Shown here in pieces: positions 1 through 12,026 of a DNA stretch of 42,173 nt (positions within the stretch are counted from its first letter, which is position 1; each line of letters starts with the position of its first letter). This stretch comes from an uncultured Planctomycetota bacterium (lineage in GTDB: Bacteria; Planctomycetota; Planctomycetia; Isosphaerales; Isosphaeraceae). The position numbers and the translations under genes were made by a program. The DNA lies in the NCBI GenBank assembly GCA_963845755.1, contig CAWJTV010000046.1, positions 1-42,173 on the forward strand, in the 5' to 3' direction. The notes beneath the pieces are model-generated. The model was not told the origin of the DNA. It saw nothing but the letters and a program-made list of their open reading frames with translations, and did not search any database.

Positions 1-254
1 GGTTGAGACAGTAATCACTCCCAGGGGGATGTCCTGGGCGAAGTGACTGTCTCCTCGCACTCGTCATCGGCGTCGCGAGCCTTCCGTTCGGGCGACCCTC
101 CGTGCTGAGACCGTTCCCGGCGGACCCGGCACCAATCGGCCAGCTTCAGGAGCGCCGGGGTCCCGATGATCGGGTGCCCCAGCGAGGATCGACAAGGCTG
201 GACTTCAGGGGTAGTCTGATTGCGTCTTCTGTGATAAGGAACGGCGGCTCACGA

Positions 255-3200
255 TCAATCCTCCACCCGGAGCTGGATCTCATCCGAATTGGCGCGGAGC
301 TCGGGTGCGTACATCGCCTGGGCTCGCGCGGGCAGGGCGTGGAATCGGCCCGGGATCTCGGCTCGGAGGCGGTACGACACGCTGTGCTGGCCGCGCCAGG
401 CTCCGCGCGAAGAACGCCACGCGCTCGTCGCGGAACTCGACGTACGCGCCCAGGTCGTTGCCGTTATACCCGCTCTGTACCTCAACCGGCTCGAAACCGG
501 CCGCCTTGTAGTCCTCGAAGATGAGGTACTCGTAGTCATTCTTGCTGTCGATGGTCAACTCGACCTCGACCAGCTCGCCGCTCTTGAGCATCGCGCCCTC
601 GGCCAGTAACTCGCGGCGATACCGTTCAACGCGCTGGCCCACGGTCTGGCCCCGGCCGCCGGCCACGTCCACCGCCTTGTCGTCCCGGACCAGCCGGTAG
701 ACCTTGCGATCGACCTTGATCTCCAGCCCCGCGTGAGTGATCGGGTCCTCGAGCGTGAAGTTGGTCAAATATGCGTTGAAGTAGAGCGGTCCCTTGCCTC
801 GCTTGAGGAACGAGACCGTGTGCTCGCCGGCCTCGAGCGCCTGGCCTTCGAGGACGAACGCATTGTCGAACGTGAACAGATCGGCTGGGGTGATCGTCAC
901 CTCCTTGCGGCTCTGGCCATCGAGACCGATCGAGACGGTCATCTCCGGCCGGTCCTCGCCGCTGGCCTTGAGGTACTCGGCCATCGCCTCGATGCAGAAG
1001 GCCGTGTCGCGGGTCGAGTTCCAGTACGTCCCGTGCTTGCGGTTATTGAGCACGTACTTGACCAGCCGAGGCGCCAGCTCGCCCTTGGGATCGGTCCGGG
1101 CCAGCAGCTTGAGATAGAACGCGTCGGTCTCGATCTCGCTGCCGTACCACCACCACCAGTAACCCTCGGTGGGGAGCTTGAGGTAGGCCGTCTGGTTCTC
1201 GTCGTCGCGGACGACATACTGGCCGATGTTCTGGAGCACGGCCGCCAGCTTGGCCTTCTCGCCGAGCCGTTCCAGGCCCAGGCCGAACATCGCCTTGGCA
1301 TAAACTGACAGATGCGTGCGATCGCGATCCAGGAATCCGAGCATCGGGTCATTGCGCGTTCCGGCATCGGCAAGGACCATGAAGACCATCGCGTCGAGGT
1401 CGTCGGCCGACGCCTTGAACGGCTGAATCTCGCCGGCTGCATTCTGAAGCAGCCGCACCTGCTTGGCCTGGTAATCGTTGAGCCAGGCGATGCCTCGTTC
1501 GAGCACCCCCTCGGATAGGGCCAGGTCGTTCTGTCGTGCGACTTGCAGGCCGTGGACGACCAGGGCCGTCGTGTGGGCGGACGAGAACTCACCATAGCCG
1601 GAGAACCAGCCCCAGCCGCCGTCGGAGAGCTGCATGTCGGTCAGGCGTCGCAATCCGGCCCGGGCCATTTTGGAGACCTCGGCCTCGTCGAAGACTGGGT
1701 TGTGGTCGTAACCTTTCCATTCCTTGCCCCGCTCGCGGGCATCGCCGATCTGCTGGGCGTTGAGGTTCGTGTGCTGGGCCCGGATCGTCTTGAGATCCAC
1801 CCCCAGGTTGATCAGCACCTTCTGGGTGATGACCGTCGGCAGGAAGCGATTCAGGGTCTGCTCGGTGCAGCCGTAAGGATAGTCGGAAAGATATGGGAGT
1901 GCATCAACGAGCGCCCGGCCAGCGTGGGCGAATACCGCACTTCCAGCCGAGACTGCTCGGGCTTGCGTTCGACCGGCACGCGGAGGACGACCTGGGCTTT
2001 CTCTTGATCCGGTCGGATCGCGCCGGCGAATGCTTCCATCTTGAGCATGCCGTGGACATAGGCCGGGAAGGTCATCTGGGCCGCATCCGATTCCTCGTCG
2101 GTCAGGGCCTTCATGCGGATGACGGCCTGGCCTTCATGGGCGACCTTCACGCGCCAGTCGACCCGGTGCTCGGAACCCGCCGCGATGGCGACGGTTCGGC
2201 TGATCGCGGTCTCGCTCAACGGCTGGAGCACGCTGCCTTCAAACTCCAGGACAACCCGGACAGACTTCTCCGCCTTGAGCTTGTTGTGAACGTTGGCCGA
2301 GAGCACCACCTCGTCCTTCTCGACGAAGAACCGGGGCGCCTGGATGCGGACGAGCAGGTCCTTGGTCGTGACGATCTCCGACTCGCCCTGGCCGACCCGC
2401 GTTCCTTGCCCCAGCGTCCACGTCTTGACCTTCCAGGTCGTCAGGCTTTCGGGCAAGGGGAACTCGACCTCGGCCGTGCCATCGGGCGCGGTGGTAATCG
2501 CGGCGACCCAGTAGGCCGTATCGGCGAAGTTGGTGCGGACGACCGGTTGGACCGGAGGTTGTCCTTCCGAGCCATCGAACTTGTCCGAGGAAACGATCCG
2601 TTCCTCGGAAATGTTCCCTGCCTCCAGTCGTTCCGGCCCAGCCGACGCCGGCGCCGCGGCCTTGGCCATCGCCAGGCCCATCGGAGCCTGAGCCATCTGT
2701 TTCATGGCCATGCCGCCGCCCATCGCCCCCATCATGACTCGCGAGCTACCATCGCTCAGCATCATCATTCCACCGCCGATCATCCCGCCGCTGGTCCCTC
2801 CGAAGATCCCGACGTTTTGCATCGCGACCTCGTTCGGCTTGGTCAGGTTGTACGACCAGCGGTTGAGGCTCGACTCGGTCTGGGGATAGTGGGATCGTTT
2901 CCACTCCCAGAACGCTTTCCTGATGTCGGGGACGTTCGATCCTCCCGAGATGTATTCGACGGCCTTGTCGTAGACGGTCAGCACCGTCGAACCGACGAAT
3001 GGCGCTGGCGCGGGTCTCCCGACCCCGCCTTCACCGGAGCGGTCAGCTTGACCTTGACCTTCGCCTTCTGGCCGGGCTTGTAGGTCTTCTGGGAAGGTTC
3101 CACAGCCACATCAACGACCCGCGACTCGGGCGGGACGACGATCTCACGTACCTCGTCGTGCAACTTGCCATCGGCCACGGTCAGGGCCTCGATGAAGAAG

Positions 3201-6200
3201 TTTGGCATGTCGCGGGCGACGATGCCGACCTCCTCGACGGTGCTCTTGCCCTTCAGGTGGAGAAGCTTTGGCGGCAGGTACACGCCATTCGTCGGCCGGA
3301 GGAACAGCAGGACCGTGGAATTGACCTGGTTCGTGTTGATCAGCAACCGGAGCGTCTCGCCCGGCCGGTACTCCTTCCGTTCGGGAATGATCTCGAGGTC
3401 GTTGTAGCGGAAGCTGGCCCCGTCGAACCCTCCTCCGGTGATCGTGAGCAAGTACCCGCCCTCGATCGCGTGGCCGTGACCATCGTCGATCGTGGCCGAG
3501 AGTCGGTACTGGCCCGGGGCCGATGCCTTGATCGTCTGCCGAGCTTGGCTGCCGGCATCGAGCGTGAGGTTCCAGCTCTCGACGGTCGTCTCGACCGGCT
3601 TTCCGTCGGCGTCATAGGCGATCTGCAAGAGCTTGAGCGTCCCCTTGCCGGCGACCGGCTTGTGGTCGAGCGTCATCGCACGAACCTCCGCCTCGATCGT
3701 ATCGCCGGCGCGGTAGTGACCGCGATCGACCCAGGTATAGACGCTAAACGGTTTGCGCGCGACCAGCACGGTCCCGGTCCCCACGATCGTCCGGCGCAAC
3801 TTGTCGGTGATCTCGGCCGTGATCTCGTACCGATGGTCATGGTCGGGATGGGCCGCTTTGGCGAAGGCGGTATCGATCTCGATGGGGATCGTGCCATCGG
3901 GCCGGATCGACACATCGGCCTCGGCCACCACTTCGGGAGGCGCCTGGGGGCGGTGCCACCACGAGACAATCGGTCGGAACATCCCCCAGTGCGACCAGCC
4001 GGGATACCACGAGGAATCCGCGGCGAACCACCAGTAGCCCGGTCCGAACAGCCAGTCCCAACGCCCGACGGGAAACCAGCGCTCGTCGGCCGTGGTGCGG
4101 AGGATCTTGTACTTGACCTTCGCCTCGGCGACCGGCCCGCCGAAGTAGTAGTTCGCCTTGATGGTCGCCGAGACTTTCTCACCGAGCATCACGGGCGCCT
4201 TCGGGGCCTCGACGCTCACCTCGAACTCGGGCTTCTTGTATTCCTCGACCCGGAACGAACCGCCGCCACGCTCGGGAATGAAGACGGAATAGACGCCGAG
4301 AGTTGCATCCGAAGGCAGCTCAAAGGTGCCGTCCAGGCCCCCGAAGGCATCGACCTTGAATCGATCGGTGAAGACCTTCTCTCCCTTGGGATTGTAGACC
4401 TCGACGGTAGTGAGGTTGCCCTGGGGGAAATCCGAGGCGTCCGGTCGGCGCGGATCATCATCGTAGCGGGCGCGTGCGACCCAGAACTTGAACCGTACCG
4501 GCGCACCGGGACGATAGACGGGCCGGTCGGTGATCACGAAGACTTTGGGCCGGTCATCGGGGTTGTCGTCATTCTTGCCAAGGGTCCAGAGGTTTGCGAA
4601 ACCCAGATGAGCAAATTTCCCCTCGTGCGTGCTGGCGGTGACGAGCCACTGGTAGGATACCGCGGGGTTGTTCAGGCCGGTGGTCGAAACCTGAAACTGC
4701 CCCTCATCGTCGGTCGTGAGCAACTGGGTCCTGGTCTCGACGCGGAACTCGTTCTTACCATCGACCTGTACCTGGCGCCAGCCGAACCGTTCGACCTCGG
4801 CCCGGGCAAGGGGACGGCCCGTGCGGGCGTCGGCGACGAAGTAATACGCCCTGTCCGCCAGGGACTTCTTCACGATGACCGCATCGTCGAGCCAGACCAC
4901 GATCCGGCCGATGTTCCCACCGTCCATCCGCGCAGTGAGCAGGTAAGCGCCAGCGTTCTGGAGCGGCGTGGTGACCGTGATCCGCTTGTCGTGGTGGCCC
5001 GGCAGCGGCTCGAGGTCGAGGTCCCAGCTCGCGACGGATCGGCCCACGTACTGCTGCTGGTTCTGAGCGACCAGGCGGGAGCCGATGTCGTTGATGTCGA
5101 TCCGTTGCCAGTCGAGCTGACGTGGGCTGGAGGTGATGTAATCCCTGACGTCCTTCAGGAGCTTGCCAACGAGGATCTCGTGCGCCTCGAAATGGACACG
5201 CCGGCCGTTGCGGAAGCGGAAGTCGACCGCGGCACCGCGGCCCGCGGGCTGGGACGTCATCGTGTCGAACAGGCCCCAGTTGCCGAGGATCTGGTCGAGC
5301 CGCTGCGTCTTCCAGCCGTTGCCCGTGTTTCCGTAGCGGTCCAGGCTGCGCTTGAGGTAGTCGGCGGCCCGGTCGAGTTGGCGGCGATTCTCGAAGAGGG
5401 TTGCCAGCGCATTGAGTGATTCTTCGCCCTTCCCGGTTTCGGGAGCGTCGGCAATCGCCTGATAGATCGTGATCGGATTGAACTCGTCGGGGAGCGTGAA
5501 TCGCTTGATGCCGGTGGCGAGGCGGGCGATGGTCTCGTCATCCTTGAGCGTGTCGAGTGCGTACGGGCCGGAGTCGACCGGTGTCTCTCCGGAGGGACCG
5601 CCGCCGAACTCGGGTCCCAGCAAGGTCTGGGATCCGAACCGGCCCAGCCAGAAACCCGCCAGCTCGAAGCGCACCGTATTGAGCAGGCCATGATCGACCT
5701 CGACGGCCTGGGCGAGCGCCCACCGCCAGCGCTGGCCATCGTTACCGGCTTTCTCGAAGCGATCGGGGACCCGGTAATAGACGGGCGTGCCATCGGGCTC
5801 GACGGGTGCCCGGGATTGCTGCTGGCCACCCCAGAAGCGGTGAGGATTCTCCTCGTAATCGGCCAGCACGTCGAGCGGCGTGAGGCTCTGGAGCCGCCAG
5901 GCGTCAACTTGCGACCGATCGCCCAGCAGGGCGCCGGCGAGGTCCAGGAGATAACGGCCCGCCGCGGGACGATCGGGGTCTGACCGTGCGCGAGCCAACC
6001 CCTGCACCAGGAGCTGCAAGGCCCGCGATCGATCGCGCTCGTACGATCCGACGTAGCGCCCCCCTACGCGATGATGACCACCGCGATGGAACTTGCCCGC
6101 GACGATGAAGCCAGCATGCTGAGAGTCATTCAGATAGCTCATGGCCGCCGCCTGGAGCAGTCGCCAGTTCTCTTTATGGACCGCAACGGTCGCCTCGCGA

Positions 6201-6466
6201 AAGTCGTCGACCTCATCGAGCCGCCCGAGCCTCACCAGGCAATCGATCGCCCGCAAGAAGTCGGCACCCACGCGATCGGGCTCCGTCTGGGGATCGAGCG
6301 CCAGCCGCCGGTAACCCTCGTAGGCGTCCTTGTAATTCCCCTGCTGGTAAAGCTTGTCGAACGATTCGCGGTCGCCGGGCGCCTCGTCGCGACGGCCCAG
6401 GGCCACGCCGACGACCAGTACCGTGCAGACCATCAGACTCATGACAGCCAGGCGGAGAAGTTCCAT
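255..6466 (-). CDS. Alpha-2-macroglobulin family protein (~2070 aa), split by three frameshifts (~3000, ~1915, ~392)
   Basis: Four abutting minus-strand ORFs join into one protein. It has a signal peptide ([14 protein letters not shown]...), MG2 motif 'TDRPVYRPG', '[13 protein letters not shown]', '[11 protein letters not shown]', '[10 protein letters not shown]', thioester 'YPYGCTEQT' (CTEQ at 1858-1869), '[10 protein letters not shown]' and C-terminal '[16 protein letters not shown]...AMYAPE'. Confidence 0.92.
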
Positions 6467-6571
6467 GGCAGCCTCGCTCGGTTCGAGAGGTCTCCGGTGA
6501 ATCCCGGAGGCGAAAAAGAAGGTGTCGCCCTGAGTATAACGTTCCGGCGGCGCCATCCTTAGTGAGGAGGC

Positions 6572-6787
6572 TCAACGCGTCTTGAGAAGTTCGTCCCAGG
6601 AGGTCGCGGTGAGTACACGCAATCCCATGCGATTGAGACGCGGGAGATCCTCCAACCCCTGGATGGAAGCCTTCACTTTGTCGGTGGGTGCACCGAACTT
6701 GCTGGCCCCTAGCTCAAGCAGGATCCTTCGCACTCCCTTAATCTCGCCCTGCTCGATGATGTACTGGTAAGTCGTTGACTCTTCCAC
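6572..6787 (-). CDS. Candidate in-frame small C-terminal product of the Rpn gene (RpnS-like, 71 aa)
   Basis: GGAGGT at 6801-6796 lies 8 nt upstream of an in-frame GTG (6787) that starts 'VEESTTYQYIIEQG'. Confidence 0.5.
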   Translation of the reverse strand: MEESTTYQYIIEQGEIKGVRRILLELGASKFGAPTDKVKASIQGLEDLPRLNRMGLRVLTATSWDELLKTR

Positions 6788-7429
6788 GGCACGATACCTC
6801 CGGAATAGATTAACCGCGACCTCGCGGTCCAGGCGTAGGCCGGATAGCACAAAGGTCAACGTGAGGAGATGAGCGGCCACGTCTTGGGGGTATTCCTGTT
6901 TCACGCGCCGGCACAAGTGGTCTACGACTTCGGCAACGCCTTTCTCCGTGGATACACCCGGTGGCAACGCGCCGAGTACGCTCAGGGGCAGCACGCCCGG
7001 CCCAGAACGGAGCAGCCGCTGCGCCGGCATCTGCCAGATCCGGAACACCTCGAACCGAAAGTCCATTTTCCCGCGCCGGGGCTGACCTGTGTAGATGAGT
7101 CGTCCCGTGATCCTGGGATCGTCCGCCTTGGGACGCAACAGGATCGCCACGCCATGGACGGGAACATGGAACCGGTAGCGAAGCACGGCGTTATACATGC
7201 AGATCCGATCGGACAGGTCAATGTCGGGGCCGCTCTGGAAGTTCAGGTCGAGGATCGACGTCGGCGGGTCGCCGTGGCCGAGGACCACGTCGGTGGCCGC
7301 CGAGATCACCGAGAGGTCCACGTTCAACGCGCGGATGTCCGCGGTGCTTCCAAGCCGGAAAACCGAAACGTAATCTTCGGGATAGCGGCGCGCAAGGTCC
7401 TTCACGGCCGCGTCGAACGGGAACGGCAT
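6572..7429 (-). CDS. Rpn/YhgA-like recombination-promoting nuclease family protein (PD-(D/E)XK-like)
   Basis: Intact 285-aa ORF. 'AATDVVL..ILDLNFQSG', 'YNAVLRYRF..VHGVAILLRP', 'FRIWQMPA..LLR.GPG.LPL' and C-terminal 'EESTTYQYIIEQG...SWDELL' are typical of this family. Confidence 0.75.
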   Translation of the reverse strand: MPFPFDAAVKDLARRYPEDYVSVFRLGSTADIRALNVDLSVISAATDVVLGHGDPPTSILDLNFQSGPDIDLSDRICMYNAVLRYRFHVPVHGVAILLRPKADDPRITGRLIYTGQPRRGKMDFRFEVFRIWQMPAQRLLRSGPGVLPLSVLGALPPGVSTEKGVAEVVDHLCRRVKQEYPQDVAAHLLTLTFVLSGLRLDREVAVNLFRRYRAVEESTTYQYIIEQGEIKGVRRILLELGASKFGAPTDKVKASIQGLEDLPRLNRMGLRVLTATSWDELLKTR

Positions 7430-7509
7430 GGGCAGGTCTCCGAGACTTGCTCGCGGAACAGGGGATCAGCGGCTCTTTCTCGGAGAGCCTGCCGCTCGTG
7501 ATCGTCGGG

Positions 7510-7782
7510 CTAATCAACCACGATCGGGTGGAGTCGCCCGATGATGATGCCCAGCATCACGACGGCGATCACAGTCAAGAGTGCAAGCCGCCTGGCAGGA
7601 GGAAGATGCACGACCTTGTAGAAACCAAAGCCCAGAAGGATGGCATCCAGTCCGGCGACAACCAAGAGCGGAACCTGGACGATGAGAGCGAGGACCGTGC
7701 CGATGACGGCAATCACGATCATCAACTGACGAATCGTCAACCGCACGTCGATCTCATCATCGTCAGCGCCGCTGGATGACAT
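7510..7782 (-). CDS. Small membrane protein (90 aa, ~3 hydrophobic segments)
   Basis: Starts 15 nt after the peptidase stop. The 'RLTIRQLMIVIAVIG' start is followed by hydrophobic stretches. Confidence 0.55.
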   Translation of the reverse strand: MSSSGADDDEIDVRLTIRQLMIVIAVIGTVLALIVQVPLLVVAGLDAILLGFGFYKVVHLPPARRLALLTVIAVVMLGIIIGRLHPIVVD

Positions 7783-7797
7783 CCCTCGCCCTCTTTC

Positions 7798-10700
7798 TCA
7801 CTGCGCCGACGCCGCGGCCCGGCGACGCTCTCGCGGCCGGCCCTCCGGTTGCGGAGTCGGCCGATCGGGCGGCGAGGCCAACTCCCCCGGCGATCCGGAC
7901 TTCGCTTTCTCCTCCTTCGGCGATCCCAGCGTGCGCCGGATGAAATCGAGCTGGATCCGTTGATAATGGGCGCCGCCGATGCCGTGGCGCGACGACGGAT
8001 AGATCATCAGCTCGAAGTCCTTGTTCGCGAGCTGGAGCGCCTGGACGAGTCGCATGGTGTTCCGCAGCGACACGTTGTCGTCGATCGCCCCGTGCAGGAT
8101 CAAGAGTTTGCCATGCAGCTTGCCGGCCGCCTTCACGACCGATGAGACGTCATATCCCTCGGGGTTGTCCTGGGGCAGGCCCATGAACCGCTCGGTGTAG
8201 ATCGAGTCATAATCGCGCCAGTCGGTCACCGGCGCGCCGGCGATCCCGGCGGCGAACAGGTCGCAGTGGGTCATGGCGTACGACGTGATATAGCCGCCGT
8301 AGCTGTGGCCGCTCATCCCGATTCGCGAGGCGTCAACATAAGGCTTCTGTTTGAGCCAGTTGATCGCGTCCTTGATGTCTTCGAGCTCCTGGACGCCCAG
8401 GTGTTTGTACGCCTTCCAGGCCGACGTCGCTCCCTTGCCGCTGGCGCTCCTCGGGTCCATGTGGAAGATGATGAAGCCCTCGTGGGCCATCGCGTGGTCC
8501 CGCATCCGCCCGCCTTGCCAGGCATCGGAGATCGTGGGTGTGTGGGGGCCGGCATACGTCGTGAACCAGACCGGGTACTTCTTGCCCGGCTCAAGCTCGG
8601 TGGGCAGGATCAGCTCGACCTCGAGCGGGAAGCCGTCGCGGGCCGGGATCTGCAACCGCTCGTGCGGGCCGAACCGGAGCCGCTTCAGCTCGTGCGACGG
8701 ATTCGAAATCCAGGGTGCGGACCAGCTTCCCTTCCGCGGTGTACAGCCCGATGCGGTCCGGCGTGCGGATGTCCGACCGGCTCGACAGGAACAGCTTCCC
8801 ATCCGGGCTCATGGTCGCGGTGTGCGTGCCCGGCGACTGCGTGAGCCGCTGCACGAGGCCCCCCGGCTTCACCCGGTAGAAGTCGCTCGACATCGGCGCT
8901 TCGCGGTTGGCGCTGAAGTAGATCCAGCCGTCGTCGAGGTCGACGTGTTCCAGCCGGCGGACCTCCCACGGCCCCGTGGTGAGCTGGGCCTTGAGCTTGC
9001 CGTCGCCGGCATACTGGTAGATGTGCTTCCAGCCGTCGCGCTCGCTCACCCAGAGGAAAGTGTTGTCCTTGTAGGCGTGGATCGGCCCGGGGCTGTCGAT
9101 CCAGGCCTTGGTCGCGTCGCGGAATAATCGCTTGACCGCGCCGGAATCGGGCGCGACCTTGACCAGGTCGAGCCAGGTCTGGGCCCGGTCCTGGACGTAG
9201 CAATACGCCGACGAGCTATCCGGCCACCAGCCCACCTCGCTGATCAGCGACGAATCGGGCGAGTAGTCGGAGAGATCGGCCCAGTGCACCGCGCCGCCTT
9301 CGCTGCCGACGATGCCCAGCCGCACCTTGGGATTCGCCTCGCCGGAGCGCGGGTAATGCGTCCGCTCGACCTTCCGTGCCGCGCCGCTGGTGGCATCGTC
9401 GAGGACCGTGTGGTACGGGACGCCCGCGTCGTCGAACTCCATGAACGCGAGCCGCTTCGAGTCGGGACTCCACCAGAACGACGGCCATCGCCGGTTCCAG
9501 ACCTCCTCGAAGTATACCCAGTCGGCCTGCCCGTGACGCAGGTCTTCCCGGCCGCCGGTGGTGAGGCGGCGCTCGGCCTGTTTGGCGACGTCGACCGCGT
9601 ACAGGTCGAAGTCGCGGACGAACGCGACGTGCTTGCCGTCCGGGCTGAACTGCGGCCACTGTTCCTGGCCGGGCTGATTCGTCAGCCGCACGGCGGTGGC
9701 GCCGTCGAACGTGGCATAGTAGAGGTCTTCATTGTGTTCGAAGAGGAATCCCCGCTTGGCCGGATCCATGTTGAACGCCGGCCCGCTCGCGATGGCGTCG
9801 GCGGCCTCGCCGTCGATGGAGGGGAGTCGGGTGAGCGCCTTGGCCAGGGCCCGGGTGTCGAGGAACGGTTGCGAGCGGCCGGTCGCGGCGTCGAACTTGA
9901 GGAGCCGGCCTTCGCGCGTCTGGAGCCAGTGCGCGCCGTCGAGCCAACGCGCCTGGCCGCCGAACCCGAACCCACCGCGACCCCGGCCACGCCCGCCGCC
10001 GCCACCGCTCGACTCGAGCGTGATCGGCCGCGGAGGCGGCTGATTCTCGGCGAGCGGCTCGGCGCCGGTTGTGAACAGGGGCGCAGGGCGCGGCAGGCGG
10101 ATGACCGGGAAGTCGCCCCCGACCTTCAGACCCGCTTCGAAGACATTCCAGGTGGCCAGGCCGTCTTCCGAGGCGGGCTCGAGCAGGACGACCGCCAGGT
10201 TGCCCAGCGGCTGCGCGGTCTTCACCACCAGGGTGCCGGCGGGAATCATCCGGGCCGCCTTCTGGCCGCTGACGCGCACTACGACCGACGCGGGGCCATC
10301 GAACCCGCGGGAACGCTTCTCAATCGCATCGATCTTGGAGACTTCCACGTCCAGCTCGATGTCCTCGCGCAGCTCCTGGATCTCCAGCCCATGGCGCTGA
10401 AGGTTCGCCACAGCCTCGCCGAACGACGGCGGGATCAGGTACGCGAACGGCTTCGCCACCGACTCGGCCGCCTCGTACTCGTTGATAAGTTGGAGCGTGT
10501 AGTCCTTGGTGACGTCGGACTTGACGCGCCGGCCATTCTCATCCCGGCGCTCTTCGAACCCCAGGACCGTCACCGGGTCCTTGGCCGCCCGGCGCGCGAC
10601 CGGATCGGCACCATTTCCGGCGCTTGAGAGGATGCGCCGGACCGTCGCGCCGGGGCCAGCAGTTTGACGATCTCCGCCTTGCGGCCGGCTGCGGTCTCCA

Positions 10701-11640
10701 GGCAACCGAGCACGAAGTCGCGCGTCGCCAGGATCCGCGTCTTGTAGGGGGCGTAGGAATAGGCTTCCGAGAGGACCGACAGCCGGTTCCTCAGCCCGAC
10801 GTAAGTCGTGCCGTACCGCGGCTCGGCCGGGTAGCTCGTCCACTTGGTGTGTTCACGGTCGAAATTCCCGTAGTAGAACGCCTTGAGCTGCGTCCGATCC
10901 TCGAAGTTCTTGGTCACCGCCGGGAAGAACGTCTGGCGCATGAACGCGACGACCTTCGGGTCGCCGGCCGGGTTCTTCGGGCCTTCGTACGTGATCGTGT
11001 ACCGGTGGTACGAGCCATTGGTTGTGTGAGTATCGATGAACAGATGCGGGTTCCACTCATTGAGGAACTTGACCAGTCCGCGCGTCTCGGGCGCCTCGAG
11101 CTTGATGAAGTCGCGGTTGAGGTCGAGGCCGCGGGCGTTGGCCCGCTGACCCATCCCCTCCTCAGGCCCGACCTGGCCCGGCCGATTGGTCTTGGAGACG
11201 CGCTCGTTGCCGTCGGCGTTGTAGATCGGCGCGACGGCGAGGACCAGGTCCTTCAACAGAGGCGGATGCGGACCGGCGAACTTCTCGCGGAGCAACATCG
11301 GCAGGGCCTCCTTGCCGCAGACCTCGCCGGCGTGGATGTTGGCGATGATGAAGCAGACGAGCTTCCCGGAGCGCGCGGCCTCGGCGGGCGTCCGCACGGG
11401 CGGGTCGGCGACGATCAACAAGGGAAGCGATCGCCCTTCCGACGTCTTGCCCAGCTCGGTGAGATGGGCATTCGGTGTCGCCTTGGCGAACTCCCGACAC
11501 CAGGCCATGACATCGTCGTACCGCGCCGTGGCGCGATAACCGCTCCGCTCGGCGACCGTCTGCAACGCGTCGCCTTTCTCGGGAGCCTGCTGGGCCAGAA
11601 CGGGCAAGATCCACGCGACCAGGCTGAACATGGGCGCCAT
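7798..11640 (-). CDS. Secreted fusion: M14 zinc carboxypeptidase + DPP-IV beta-propeller + S9 serine peptidase; frameshifts at ~10592 and ~8707
   Basis: M14 motifs 'NIHAGE', 'DLNRDF', 'DTHTTNG'. DPP-IV N-terminal motifs 'ADWVYFEEV', 'WWSPDS', 'YPRSGEANP', 'SERDGWKHIY'. S9 triad 'GHSYGG', 'DDNV', 'SRHG'. The ORFs overlap exactly where the frame switches. Confidence 0.85.
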
Positions 11641-11975
11641 GACCGGGAGTCCCTCATGCGACGGATTGAATCCGGGTGCTTGTGTCAAACGACCCTAACT
11701 TCCTCATCGAACGGTATCAAACTATCCGAACCGCGTCGCCAAATCGAGCGTCGACCCGCTTCAGCGCGTCTGCAACTGCGACGAAGACCGTTTGCTCCGG
11801 CTTGCGCACACTGAGATCACGTATTATTCTGAACACGTCATCGCCAAGGAACAACCGAGACGCGACGATCGGCCCAGCCTCTGCCTTATCTGTATACATC
11901 GCAACTTGCAGCCAGATCTACCGTCATTGATTCCTCGGTCGAGAACCGGTTTTTCCGGCAATTTGCGCAACTTTC

Positions 11976-12004
11976 TTGCGGAGTGGCCCGAATAATGCTA
12001 TGGT
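11976..12004 (+). promoter_or_regulatory. Putative sigma70-type promoter for the ATPase-RloB operon
   Basis: TTGCGG-17 nt-TATGGT with extended -10 TG; GGAG precedes ATG 12027. Confidence 0.4.
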
Positions 12005-12026
12005 TTGGGAGTGATGGAGATTCCCC

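Noticed and set aside
11717..11899. 60-aa minus-strand ORF between the peptidase and the ATPase
   Set aside because: No recognisable motif or clear RBS; I cannot distinguish it from chance.
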